From the NCBI GenBank assembly GCA_965223345.1, contig CBDCWG010000012.1:1344001-1408000 (forward strand): DNA of 64,000 nucleotides, in the 5' to 3' direction. A program made the translations under genes and the position numbers. The first letter of the stretch is position 1, and the number at the start of each line of letters is the position of its first letter. Origin of the DNA: Nitrospinales bacterium (GTDB lineage Bacteria > Nitrospinota > Nitrospinia > Nitrospinales > VA-1). Shown piece after piece: positions 49,134 to 58,520 of this stretch. The notes beneath the pieces were generated by a model. The model was not told the DNA's origin, ran no database searches, and saw nothing but the letters and a program-made list of their open reading frames with translations.

Positions 49134-50765
49134 ATGTCCGAAGACAAAAGAGACAATGAAGAGGAGCGGGAAGAGGCCACCGAGGTGGCGCATTCCCAGG
49201 GGCCAAACGGCGATGGAGACCAGAACGCCTTGGTCGAATCCGATGAGGACATGGAGGTCGATGAGTTCGAGGAAGACGAGGACGAGGTCGATGAGCTGGA
49301 AGAGGTCGAACAGGAAGAGGAGAAGGAGGTCGGCGCCTGCCTGGTGATCGGCCAGGGCGACTTTTCCATGTGTGAGTCCAACCGCGGGGCCGACGACCCG
49401 GGCGACAACACGCTGTCGGAACCCCAGTTCGTCCACAAATACGGCGAGTACCTTTTCGTCTCCGACCGCGGCAACCACCGCGTGCTGGTCTGGGAACAGC
49501 CTCCCGAGGAAAACGGCGAACCGGCGAGCCTGGTGCTGGGGCAAGAGGACTTCGCGGACTTTCTGGAAAACCGCGGCATGACCACGACGCTGGACGAGAT
49601 GACCTCCGGTCTCGGCGACGAATCCCTCGACGGGTTCACGATCAGCAAATCGGAAGAAGACACCCTGTCGCAGCCGGCCGGCATCGACGTCATCAACGGC
49701 AAGCTGTACGTTGTGGACAGCGGCAACCACCGCGCGCTGCGCTGGCCGGGCCTGCCTTCGGAAGACGGCGAACCGCCGATCCTGGTGTTCGGCCAGGACA
49801 ACTTGGACGACAACGAAGCCAACCGGCGCGGCCTCATCGGTTCCGGCTCGCTGTTTTTCCCGATGGGCATCCATTCCGGCGACGACCAGCACATCCTGAT
49901 CGCCGACAAGGACAACCACCGGGTGTTGATCTGGAACAAGATCCCCAACTCCAACGGCTGGAACGCGGATATCTGCCTCGGGCAGGCGGGCATGGACGAA
50001 CGCGAGCCCAACCGCGGCGAGTTCGACAACGTCGGCCCGGATACATTGAGTTTCCCGACCGGCGTGTTCTACGACGCGGCCGCCGACAAGCTGTTCGTGG
50101 TCGATCAGGGCAACCACCGCGTGCTCATCTGGAACAAACTTCCCAACGAACTGGGCAAACCGGCGGATGTGGTGATCGGGCAGAAGGATTTTCACAGCCG
50201 GGAACCCAACGCCGGGCTGGGCAGCCGCCGGCCCTGCGCCGAAGGGCTGTATTTCCCCACGCATGTGGTGTGCGGCCGGGCCGGGCTTTTCGTCTCCGAC
50301 ACGGATAACCACCGGGTTCTGTACTGGAAAGAGGTTCCCACAGAGAACGGGCAGCCCGCGGATCTGGTGCTGGGGCAGAAAACCTTTCTGGAAAACAAGG
50401 TCAACCGCAGCGGCGACGCGACCGCAAGCACGCTCAACGATCCGTTCGGACTGTTTCTGGAAGAAGACCCGGAAGACGAGTTCGACGACGAGGAAGCGGT
50501 CGTGGAGACCGGCGAAGACGGCGGAGAGGGCGAAAACAGCGAGGAGCCGCCGCCGAAATTCAAGCTGTACATCGCCGACCGCGGCAATTCCCGCATCGTC
50601 ATCTGGGATGAGCTCCCCTATCCGAAAGAAGTGGAAGAAGAGGACGAAGAGCTGGACAACGAGCTGGAAATGGACGATCCCAACGCCCTCATCGGCGAGG
50701 ACGACGAAGACGATTTCATCACCGAAGAAGAAGAGGAACCGCCCGAGGAAGTGCCTTCCGTGTGA
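49134..50765 (+). CDS. NHL-repeat beta-propeller with long Asp/Glu-rich termini and insert
   Basis: Six xD.xNHRVL-type blades with LVLGQ linkers; acidic runs; AGGAGG RBS. Confidence 0.85.
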   Translation: MSEDKRDNEEEREEATEVAHSQGPNGDGDQNALVESDEDMEVDEFEEDEDEVDELEEVEQEEEKEVGACLVIGQGDFSMCESNRGADDPGDNTLSEPQFVHKYGEYLFVSDRGNHRVLVWEQPPEENGEPASLVLGQEDFADFLENRGMTTTLDEMTSGLGDESLDGFTISKSEEDTLSQPAGIDVINGKLYVVDSGNHRALRWPGLPSEDGEPPILVFGQDNLDDNEANRRGLIGSGSLFFPMGIHSGDDQHILIADKDNHRVLIWNKIPNSNGWNADICLGQAGMDEREPNRGEFDNVGPDTLSFPTGVFYDAAADKLFVVDQGNHRVLIWNKLPNELGKPADVVIGQKDFHSREPNAGLGSRRPCAEGLYFPTHVVCGRAGLFVSDTDNHRVLYWKEVPTENGQPADLVLGQKTFLENKVNRSGDATASTLNDPFGLFLEEDPEDEFDDEEAVVETGEDGGEGENSEEPPPKFKLYIADRGNSRIVIWDELPYPKEVEEEDEELDNELEMDDPNALIGEDDEDDFITEEEEEPPEEVPSV

Positions 50766-50796
50766 TAAGCGGGACCTCCGAACGATCCACCCATTG

Positions 50797-50826
50797 AGGC
50801 CTGCGGCGGCGTCCGCAGGCCTTTTT
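50797..50826 (+). terminator. Intrinsic terminator
   Basis: AGGCCTGCGG…CCGCAGGCCT followed by a T run. Confidence 0.75.
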
Positions 50827-50867
50827 CATTGCTGCCGGGGTGTTTGTCCTCCGGCTGAAGGCGGCCG

Positions 50868-51389
50868 ATGCCGAAAGTGGTCATCATTCAGGGCAGTCTG
50901 AACCAGGATTCGAAAACCGCGCTTGTGGTGCGGGAGACCGAGCGCATCCTCAAACAGAAGGGCATCGAATTCGAGACGCTCGATCTGCGCACGCTCGAGC
51001 TGGAGTTCTGCGACGGCCGGCCGCTCGATGAATACAACGCGGACATGCAGCGGGTGTACGGCCTCATGAAAACGGCGGACGGCTACATCTTCGGGATGCC
51101 CGTGTACTGCTGGTCGGTTTCCGGCGTGGTCAAAAACCTGATCGACATCACCGCTGGCGCCATGGCAAACAAGGTGGCGGGCATTCTGTGCAACGCCGGC
51201 GGCGACCGGTCGTTTCTCGCCTCCTCGGACCTGGTGAAAATCCTTTTATACGAATCGGGCGTGTTGACCGTGCATCCCACCGTCTATTCCACCGCCGAGG
51301 ATTTCGACGACGGCCGCCTGACCAACGTCAAGGTGGTGGCCAAAATCCAGGGCATGGTGGACGCCCTCTTCAAGCTGCTTCCCGCGTGA
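50868..51389 (+). CDS. NADPH-dependent FMN reductase (flavodoxin-like)
   Basis: IQGSL…SKT, ADG…PVY and KNLID motifs. Confidence 0.85.
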   Translation: MPKVVIIQGSLNQDSKTALVVRETERILKQKGIEFETLDLRTLELEFCDGRPLDEYNADMQRVYGLMKTADGYIFGMPVYCWSVSGVVKNLIDITAGAMANKVAGILCNAGGDRSFLASSDLVKILLYESGVLTVHPTVYSTAEDFDDGRLTNVKVVAKIQGMVDALFKLLPA

Positions 51390-51405
51390 AACTTTTTTTC
51401 TTCCC

Positions 51406-51486
51406 TGTCATGCTGAGCCCGTCGAAGCATGAAATTTTCTTCTTGCACTGAATGGTCCGTCGCCCTTTGACAAGCTCAGGGTGACA
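51406..51486. repeat. REP-like palindromic element, copy 2 (longer loop), between convergent genes
   Basis: TGTCATGCTGAGCCCGTCGAAGCATG…CCCTTTGACAAGCTCAGGGTGACA; arms near-identical to copy 1. Confidence 0.75.
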
Positions 51487-51513
51487 TAAAAGATCACCCT
51501 CCGCGGGACGGAT

Positions 51514-52533
51514 TTAGTTGCAGTAGGGCGGGATGCCTTCCTCCACCCACTGGCCGACGCGTCCGCCTTTGATGTTTTCCCGGTTTTTCAGGATGCCGCG
51601 CGCCATGAGTTTGCCCGAGGCTTCGAACTTTTGCAGGATGGTTTCGGGGGAGTCTTTGAGCAGGTTGCCGAAGCGCGGCTGGCACTTGAGGTTGCCGACG
51701 TCGCAGCAGGGGGTCATGTCGCCGTCCTGGCGCACAGTCATGATGTCGATCGAACCGCGCGCCGCCGGGCACTCGATGAGGTAGAGCTGGCCGGGAAACG
51801 GCGTGGACCGCATGGCCCGGCGTCCCTGTGCGTCCACCTTGAACGCGGGCAGCAGGTTGATGCCGAAAATGAAATCCTTGGTTTTCGCGAACGCGCCGGT
51901 ATCGCCCATGTGGGCGAGGTACACCGATTCGTTGCATTGCGGGTCGGTCGCCAGCAAAGAATCCAGGTTCGACCGGTACCGCTGCAGTAGATCCGTCACG
52001 TGCGTGAACCGCCCGCCTTCTGCATGGAAAAAATCCCACAGGATCTGCAACTGACGCTTCAGGTCTTCCAGGCTTTCGAACACCACGTTGACGAGGATCC
52101 GGTCCTGTAACGTGACAAGCTGTTGCAGCAGGGGTTTCTGGAAGCGCTCCCAGGAAACCGGATACAGGGTGATGTCGATGCGCCCGCCAAGCTTGATGAT
52201 CTCCACCAGCCGCTGCCAGCGTTTGGATTTTTCGGAATTGATGTCCAGGTTGGTGTGCAGGCAGACGTTGGGCGTCACCGTCTTGAAGACCTTGAAGATC
52301 TCGACGATGTCCGGGTTCTGCGAGGCCTCGCCGCCGGTGAGGTTGATCTCCTGCTTCGCCAGCGTGTTGAGCACGTCCACCTTGCGGATGGTGTCGGCCA
52401 TGGTCTGCGCGTCCGCGACGGGCAGGTGCCATTCGGAGCGGGGCAGGGTGCCCACCGGCTCGTACACGTGGCAGTCCACGCATTCGTCCCGATTGTAGCG
52501 GTTGCAGCTGGCTTCCACGAAAATGCTGAGCAT
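51514..52533 (-). CDS. Radical SAM protein with a CX7CX2C motif and a SPASM/twitch-like C-terminus
   Basis: CNRYNRDECVDC, LTGGE, LHTN; C…DGDMTPCC…FGNL. Confidence 0.75.
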   Translation of the reverse strand: MLSIFVEASCNRYNRDECVDCHVYEPVGTLPRSEWHLPVADAQTMADTIRKVDVLNTLAKQEINLTGGEASQNPDIVEIFKVFKTVTPNVCLHTNLDINSEKSKRWQRLVEIIKLGGRIDITLYPVSWERFQKPLLQQLVTLQDRILVNVVFESLEDLKRQLQILWDFFHAEGGRFTHVTDLLQRYRSNLDSLLATDPQCNESVYLAHMGDTGAFAKTKDFIFGINLLPAFKVDAQGRRAMRSTPFPGQLYLIECPAARGSIDIMTVRQDGDMTPCCDVGNLKCQPRFGNLLKDSPETILQKFEASGKLMARGILKNRENIKGGRVGQWVEEGIPPYCN

Positions 52534-52662
52534 ACAGGCGTCCCGATGCGTTGGTTGAAGGTGTTCCCCGGCCCCGCACCGGGATCAGTGAAATCATTAT
52601 AGGCCGATTCGAAAACCGGCCCAATGGAATTGACCGCGCGCAGCGGCCGGGCGGGTTTCGGT

Positions 52663-54051
52663 TCAGCGAAGGTGCAGAGCGACGAAAGCGATGGGCTGCG
52701 GCGCGGCGTTGAAGGCGTGTTTCAAGTCGTTTTCCCGGTAGCCGAGCCGCCGCAGCGATTTCAAAACCGAGAACACCTCCTTTTCGGTGACATAAGCTAC
52801 AGTGTCGGGAACACCGTGGGGACTCAGGTTTTTCACCGCCTGGGCGATCTGCTTTTTCTGCTTTTTCGGCGTGCCCGGCAGCGCGGGGTACTGCATCCTG
52901 CGGGTGTACGGGCTCTGGTAGGCGCCGTTGAGGGCGGAAAGGGTGCCGAGCATCAGCAGGTCCCGGTCCCAGGGCGCCATCTGCGGCACCTGCGGGTGGT
53001 GCTGCACGATTTCAACCAGGCTCTGCACGCGGCCGTTGCAATGGCGGCCGACCAGCGTGTGCTGGAATTCCTTTTCGACGTGCTGAAACCCGATCGCTTC
53101 GCCGACCCGGGCGAGAAGGTCGAAATTCACCATGAAAGTGTACTGGCCGCCGTACAGGTTGAAATAGGGCCGTCCTTCCGCGTTCAACTCTTTCATGGAA
53201 AACATGCCGTAGTCCAGGCCGGTGTAGCCCTGCCCGTCCGGGCGCAGCAGCCGGAACGCCCGCTCCAGCGTAGCGAACGCGCCGGTGTTCACCGGAATCG
53301 GGATTTCGTCCTGCAACCCTTCCAGGTGCGCCTGCAATGCTTCGGGGTAGGGCCAGTCGCTGGCATCGACGCGCTGAAAGCTGCGCTGCCACTGGATCGC
53401 CGCCAGAAAGGGCGGGTCCTGTTTCAGGGCGTCGAGATCCTTCGCGTTGAAGCGCGCCTTGAAGGCGTCGAAATCGCCGGCGACGACCGAAGGATCGATC
53501 GCCGGCTGCAGATATTCCTCGTACAGGCTGCCCTGGTGCTTGAGCAGGACGCGGGTGGCCAGGTCGTCCCAGATTTCGTTGCTGAGAATCTTGTCGATGC
53601 TGTGCGGTTTGAAGCCGTCGAGGCGGCTCGCATCCACGCGCACGGTGGAAAAGCGCCCCGCGTGCTGGTTGAGCAGCGGGTTGCTGCGGACGCCGCGCAG
53701 GATTTCTTCCGAATAGTCGCACAGCACGTAATGGGTGAACGGATAGATCGCGCCTTCGGTGTCGATCTCTCTGAGCCGGGTGAGGAAGCAGGCGGCCAGG
53801 TTGCCGTTGCCGACGCCCCATTCCTGGATGAACCGCAGTTCCTGCTGCGCTTGTTTCTTTCTGTTTTCGAAATACGTGTCGGCGAGCGCGTGCGCCAGGC
53901 GGTGGTCGCGGCTGACGTAGGTCTGAAAATGATCGTGGATCGCCGGTCCGAGGGTGCCGTAAAAGATGGCGTTGACGTGGGTCTGCCAGCGGTCGGAAGG
54001 AAGGAAATCCCCTAAGGGGAGGCCGTTTTCAGAATCGGGAGGCACGGTCAA
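52663..54051 (-). CDS. SAM-dependent methyltransferase, MidA/NDUFAF7 (DUF185)-like
   Basis: EWGVGNGNLA motif I, SNEIWDDL, LDYG and T..VNF motifs. Confidence 0.7.
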   Translation of the reverse strand: MTVPPDSENGLPLGDFLPSDRWQTHVNAIFYGTLGPAIHDHFQTYVSRDHRLAHALADTYFENRKKQAQQELRFIQEWGVGNGNLAACFLTRLREIDTEGAIYPFTHYVLCDYSEEILRGVRSNPLLNQHAGRFSTVRVDASRLDGFKPHSIDKILSNEIWDDLATRVLLKHQGSLYEEYLQPAIDPSVVAGDFDAFKARFNAKDLDALKQDPPFLAAIQWQRSFQRVDASDWPYPEALQAHLEGLQDEIPIPVNTGAFATLERAFRLLRPDGQGYTGLDYGMFSMKELNAEGRPYFNLYGGQYTFMVNFDLLARVGEAIGFQHVEKEFQHTLVGRHCNGRVQSLVEIVQHHPQVPQMAPWDRDLLMLGTLSALNGAYQSPYTRRMQYPALPGTPKKQKKQIAQAVKNLSPHGVPDTVAYVTEKEVFSVLKSLRRLGYRENDLKHAFNAAPQPIAFVALHLR

Positions 54052-54079
54052 CGCTCACCCTGCCCTGGGGAGCGCGCAT

Positions 54080-55216
54080 TCATTTCGGTTCGACACCGTC
54101 TCCCAGGGTTTCCATGCCGGCGGCGTTGCCGCTCATGCTGCCGCCGTCGGCGTAGCGGCCGTCCTGAGAAACACCGCCGGGGATGTGCGCGGGGTTTTCG
54201 TCGCCCCCGCCGCCTTCGGCGCCGCCTGCGGTGTTCATGTCGTGCATCAGTTTCTCGTAGGTGCGGAAGGCTTCCTGCGATTCCTCGATGCGCCCGGCTT
54301 CCTTGTAGCAGTTGTACAGGTTGAACCAGGCCAGCGCGTCGCTGCGGTTGAGCGAGGTCGCGGTCTTGAATTCCTTGATGGCGCTTTCCAGGCGGCCCAG
54401 CGTGGCGTACAGGCTGCCCAGGTTGGTGTGCGGCAGGTTGTACTCGGGATCGAGTTCGCTGGCTTTCTTGAAAGCGCCGACTGCCTCGTCGATCATGTTT
54501 TTCACCGAGTAGCAGCTGCCCAGGTTGCAGTAGGCCTGCGGGTCCTTGTCGTCCAGCTCCACCACGCACAGAGCGGCGTTGAGGGCTTCGTCGTAATGGC
54601 CGCCGTTGTAATAGGCGGTGCTGAGCGCGGAGCGCAGCTCCCGGTCTTCCGGGCTGAACATCAGGACTTTTTTGAGCACCCGCACTTCTTCGTCGTACTT
54701 CTGCTGGATGTCGTAAGCGGCGGCGAGATTGGCATACGCCATTGTGTCCATGGGATCGAGTTCGGTGACTTTCTGGAAACTGCGCACGGCGTTGTCGAAA
54801 TATTCCTTGAGCATGTAGACCCCGCCGAGGTTGAAGTGGATCTCCGGGTCGTCGGGGGCCAGCTCGGCGGCACGGTTGAGTTCGCGGATGGCTTCCTCTT
54901 CGTGATTGGACAGGCTGTACGCGGTGCCCAAAAGCTTGCGCGCACGCACGTTGAGACGGTCCTTGTTCAGCACGGTCTGCAGCTCCTTGATCGCCGCGTC
55001 GAAATTGCCGCCGTCGATGTAGTAGGTGGCGAGCTCGTTCAGTTTGTCCAGGTTGCCGGGATCGTCCTTGAGTTCCTTTTTCACCTGGCGGACCGCTTTC
55101 ATGATCTTGGTTTCCAGTTTGATCTGCTCCGGATCCCGCACGCCCAGCTCCTCGAAAATCTCGGGAGCGATCTTCATGGTGATCCAGTCGCCGGGTTTGT
55201 TGCCGCCCTCTGCCAT
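54080..55216 (-). CDS. Tetratricopeptide repeat protein (about 8 TPR) with a Gly-rich C-terminal tail
   Basis: HFNLG, YANLA, YCNLG, HTNLG and WFNL repeats; start MAEGG after AGGAG. Confidence 0.88.
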   Translation of the reverse strand: MAEGGNKPGDWITMKIAPEIFEELGVRDPEQIKLETKIMKAVRQVKKELKDDPGNLDKLNELATYYIDGGNFDAAIKELQTVLNKDRLNVRARKLLGTAYSLSNHEEEAIRELNRAAELAPDDPEIHFNLGGVYMLKEYFDNAVRSFQKVTELDPMDTMAYANLAAAYDIQQKYDEEVRVLKKVLMFSPEDRELRSALSTAYYNGGHYDEALNAALCVVELDDKDPQAYCNLGSCYSVKNMIDEAVGAFKKASELDPEYNLPHTNLGSLYATLGRLESAIKEFKTATSLNRSDALAWFNLYNCYKEAGRIEESQEAFRTYEKLMHDMNTAGGAEGGGGDENPAHIPGGVSQDGRYADGGSMSGNAAGMETLGDGVEPK

Positions 55217-55268
55217 AATGCTCGAACTCCTTGAAAAATCTCGTTGCCGTCTTGGGTTGTGTAATTGA

Positions 55269-55297
55269 ATTCTAGGGGATCGGCTACAGGGTGTCAA
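55269..55297 (-). promoter_or_regulatory. Sigma-70 promoter of the TPR-methyltransferase unit
   Basis: TTGACA-N17-TAGAAT on minus strand. Confidence 0.7.
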
Positions 55298-55374
55298 GCC
55301 CGCGCGCGGCAGGTTGCTGCGCCCGCTTCAGGCCGTCGATAACCGTTGATTTTGCCCCTTCTGTGAACCGGAAC

Positions 55375-57180
55375 TCACGCCTGCGTGGTCAGCGCTTCGT
55401 CCTTGGCCATGTTGAGGATTTCTTCCTTGCCGAAGCGGTCGAGATACAACAGGAAATGCTCGCGCGACAGGAAATTCCAGATCCTGCGCGAGGGGAAGTT
55501 TTCCTCGATCACGGCGTTGAAATTTTCGAACACCTCCTGCACTTCCTCGCGCGGCATGCCTTCTTTGATTTCGTAGTCGAACATGATGGCCATGTCGCGC
55601 TCGGGATCGTGCACGATGCGGTCGATCTTGAATTTGCCCGGATCGTGATAGATGGCGGAATCCTTTTCCAGCGTGAAGATCGACTGGCCGACCGAATGGA
55701 TGATGCCGGTGCCGTTTTCGCTGTTGTCGATGGTGAAGCGAATAGTGTCTTCCGCTTCCTCGCGCTGCTCGGTGGGAAAGCCGAAGAACAGGTAGAGGTG
55801 GTTCCAGATGCCGGCGCGCGAACTGTTTTCCAGAACCAGCCGCTCGGTTTTCTGGTCGCAGCCTTTGTCGATGATGGAAAGGATGCGGTCGTTGGCGCTT
55901 TCCAGGCCGAAGAACAGCATGATGAAGCCGGCGCGGCGCATCTCTTCGAACAGCTCCGGCGTCTCGACGTTGCCGGATTCGAACTTGAGCATGCCCAGCG
56001 CGCGCATGTCCACTTTCAGCTTGAGGATGGCCTGCGACATGCGGGAAAAGGCGTTGGGCGAGATGGCCTCGTCGGAGAAGGTGAAATAGCGCGTGCCGTG
56101 GCGTTTGCCCAGATAGTCCAGATCCTCGGCGACGCGCTGCTCGTTCTCCTTGCGGTAATACGAATCGTAGATGAAGCTGTGCGTGCAGAACGTGCATTTG
56201 CCCCAGTAACAGCCGCGGCTCGCCATGTAGGGCAGCACGGGGTAGGGCATCAGGTATCGGTCGAGCGGCAGGCCGTCGAAATCCGGCCGCACCAGCATGT
56301 CGTAGGGCAGGGACTTGGCTTTGTCGTTGTGCACGACCTGGCCCTGATCCAGATGAATGAGGTTCGGCACCGTGTGCAGCGGTTTTTTTGCCTTCACATG
56401 CTCGATGAGCTGATCCAGCGGGTGCTCCCCCTCGAACAGGATGATGCTGTTGAAAAATTCTTCGAACAGGATCTGTTTGTCCTCGAGGATGTCCTTGTGC
56501 CGGGCGAACACGCTGCCGCCGATGACGATGTGCAGGTGCGGGTGCTGTTTGCGCAGCTGCCGGGCCAGGGTCAGGCCGGGAATCACCTGGCCCACGTGGA
56601 TGATCGACAACCCGACCAGGCCGTATTCCTGCCAGTCGATTTTCGGCAGCAGGTGGTTCTCGAACACGCCGAGGAACGGGTTGCGCACCGCATCCTGGGT
56701 GGCGGCGAGGATGCCGGGCAGGTTTTCCTCGGGGGTGCCCTGCATGAAAAACCCTTCCAGATCGATGCGGCTCGGGAAATGCGCGTAGGAGACGAGCTTC
56801 ATGGCGATCTTCAGGGTGGTGTAGGCTTTCTTGTAGAGCGGGAACTGGAAAAACAGCTCCTCGGTGCGCAGCACGTCCAGCGCCTCTCCCACTTCCGATA
56901 AAATCGATTCGAGGTAGGCCTCGTCCGATAAAATCTGCCGGTAAACGGATTTCACCTCCTGCTCTTCCGGCAAATATGCGGGCTCGGCCAGCCGTTTGCG
57001 GATCGTCTCGATACAGTGCTCCAGATACCCGCGCGACAGGAACAACTGGTAGGTTTCGATGTTGAAATCGAACTGATCGACCGCGTGCCCCTTGGATTTC
57101 AGGTAGGCGGTGAGGGTCGGCAGGGCCAGATAGGGTTGGCTCGGAAACCATTGCGGTGGAAATACCAGTGCCGACTTCAT
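55375..57180 (-). CDS. B12-binding-domain radical SAM protein
   Basis: FPP…PYLAL, VGLS, IVIGG, FEGE, SRGCYWGKCTFC, FSDE, FGLES and FGFPTE motifs. Confidence 0.88.
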   Translation of the reverse strand: MKSALVFPPQWFPSQPYLALPTLTAYLKSKGHAVDQFDFNIETYQLFLSRGYLEHCIETIRKRLAEPAYLPEEQEVKSVYRQILSDEAYLESILSEVGEALDVLRTEELFFQFPLYKKAYTTLKIAMKLVSYAHFPSRIDLEGFFMQGTPEENLPGILAATQDAVRNPFLGVFENHLLPKIDWQEYGLVGLSIIHVGQVIPGLTLARQLRKQHPHLHIVIGGSVFARHKDILEDKQILFEEFFNSIILFEGEHPLDQLIEHVKAKKPLHTVPNLIHLDQGQVVHNDKAKSLPYDMLVRPDFDGLPLDRYLMPYPVLPYMASRGCYWGKCTFCTHSFIYDSYYRKENEQRVAEDLDYLGKRHGTRYFTFSDEAISPNAFSRMSQAILKLKVDMRALGMLKFESGNVETPELFEEMRRAGFIMLFFGLESANDRILSIIDKGCDQKTERLVLENSSRAGIWNHLYLFFGFPTEQREEAEDTIRFTIDNSENGTGIIHSVGQSIFTLEKDSAIYHDPGKFKIDRIVHDPERDMAIMFDYEIKEGMPREEVQEVFENFNAVIEENFPSRRIWNFLSREHFLLYLDRFGKEEILNMAKDEALTTQA

Positions 57181-57363
57181 GGCTTGTTTTCCTTGTGCGA
57201 TCGCGATCGGATCGGGGGGTTGCTTTCCGGATCGTTTTCCGTCAAAATTTTATCAGGATCTCAAATCATTCGACGTGATTGAGAGCAGCTCGCCAGCCTG
57301 TCTGCGAATGGGACCGCCGATGGTCTAAAGCCATTTTTTTGAGTGCCTCGAATCGTTTCAAAC

Positions 57364-57391
57364 AGTATACCGGCGCGGCGGGCTCTGTCAA
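57364..57391 (-). promoter_or_regulatory. Sigma-70 promoter of the B12 radical SAM gene
   Basis: TTGACA-N16-TATACT on minus strand. Confidence 0.65.
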
Positions 57392-57493
57392 TGTGGGCTT
57401 GAATCGGTGCGGCGATTTTCAAACTCCGTTGCGGCGCGGCTTTTCATGCGGATTCCGGCAGCCGAAACCCCTGTCAAACCGGCGGGGATTGGC

Positions 57494-57522
57494 TTGACAC
57501 CCTTTATTTTAGAGACTATACT
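57494..57522 (+). promoter_or_regulatory. Sigma-70 promoter of the rightward cluster
   Basis: TTGACA-N17-TATACT. Confidence 0.75.
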
Positions 57523-57598
57523 GACCGGCATTCCCAAATGACTGCAAATCAATGGATTAACAGCATCGAATCGCCCGAGTTTAAGAGGAGGTTTTCCT

Positions 57599-58207
57599 TT
57601 GAGCGACCCGAACACAGAAACCAAAAAAGAAGAAGAAAATAAAGAATCCCCGGACAAAGAAGCGGAGGTTGACAGCCTTGCGGATTTGAGCGAGCTGGAG
57701 AAGATCAAGCTGGAGCTGCAGAAGGAGAAGGAAAAAGCGGCCCAGGAGCTGGAAGAGGGCGAAGAGGAAGAGGAAGATCTTCGTGAAGTCGATTACCTGC
57801 AAAAGCTCATCACGCTGTCGGTGCAGTTCGACCACCACATCGGCATGTGGCTGATGCCGGCGTACATCGACCACGGTCTGAAATACGACCACCGGTTGGC
57901 TGAGAGTTATATGTCGCAAATCGCCACGATCCAGTCTTTCCTGCGGCTGCTGGAAAAGGTGGACGGCGTGACGCGCGAGCTGGTGACCAAGGACTGCATC
58001 ATCAAGCTGAGAAACGCGCTGCAGATGGTGCACAAGAACCTGGTGAAGCCGCTGTTCAAAGAAGTCAAGCTGATGAAGAAAAAACCGAAATCCGAGAGTC
58101 TGGACAACTTCAAGGAAAACTGGAACAAACGCCTGGAAGAACTCCAGAAAGCCTGCGATTTCGAATACCAGATCCTCGATTGCAAAACGTTTCTGATCAA
58201 GGACTGA
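57599..58207 (+). CDS. Hypothetical helical protein with a Glu/Lys-rich N-terminus
   Basis: TTG start after GAGGAGG; strong codon bias. Confidence 0.75.
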   Translation: MSDPNTETKKEEENKESPDKEAEVDSLADLSELEKIKLELQKEKEKAAQELEEGEEEEEDLREVDYLQKLITLSVQFDHHIGMWLMPAYIDHGLKYDHRLAESYMSQIATIQSFLRLLEKVDGVTRELVTKDCIIKLRNALQMVHKNLVKPLFKEVKLMKKKPKSESLDNFKENWNKRLEELQKACDFEYQILDCKTFLIKD

Positions 58208-58520
58208 TTCCAGCTTGGGAACCGGGACGGTTCCCGCAGCCGTTTGCGGGAAATGCGGTTTTTAGCGAACGGGATGGCTTGCGGAACAGGGGTGGGTCCT
58301 GCCGGGTCACAGGGGCGATGCGCCGGGCTGGCAACCGCATCGGCCCGCACCATGAGGCCCGTGCGCGGACCGGGTTCGATGTCGATTATCAGAAGGCTCT
58401 GATGAAATTTTCCTTCCCAACCGCCTGCCCGGACCGTTCCGATGAGCGTCGTCTGCGGTTTCCCCGGTGTTCCCACATGCAATCCAATCGAACAGTCTGT
58501 TCCTGTAAGGGGCAGGGGGT

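Noticed and set aside
3145..56901. Many long antisense or alternative-frame ORFs (e.g. 3145..5148, 5311..7431, 10056..11858, 28430..30124, 47332..49089, 55291..56901)
   Set aside because: Shadows of real genes in high-GC DNA; no motifs and atypical composition
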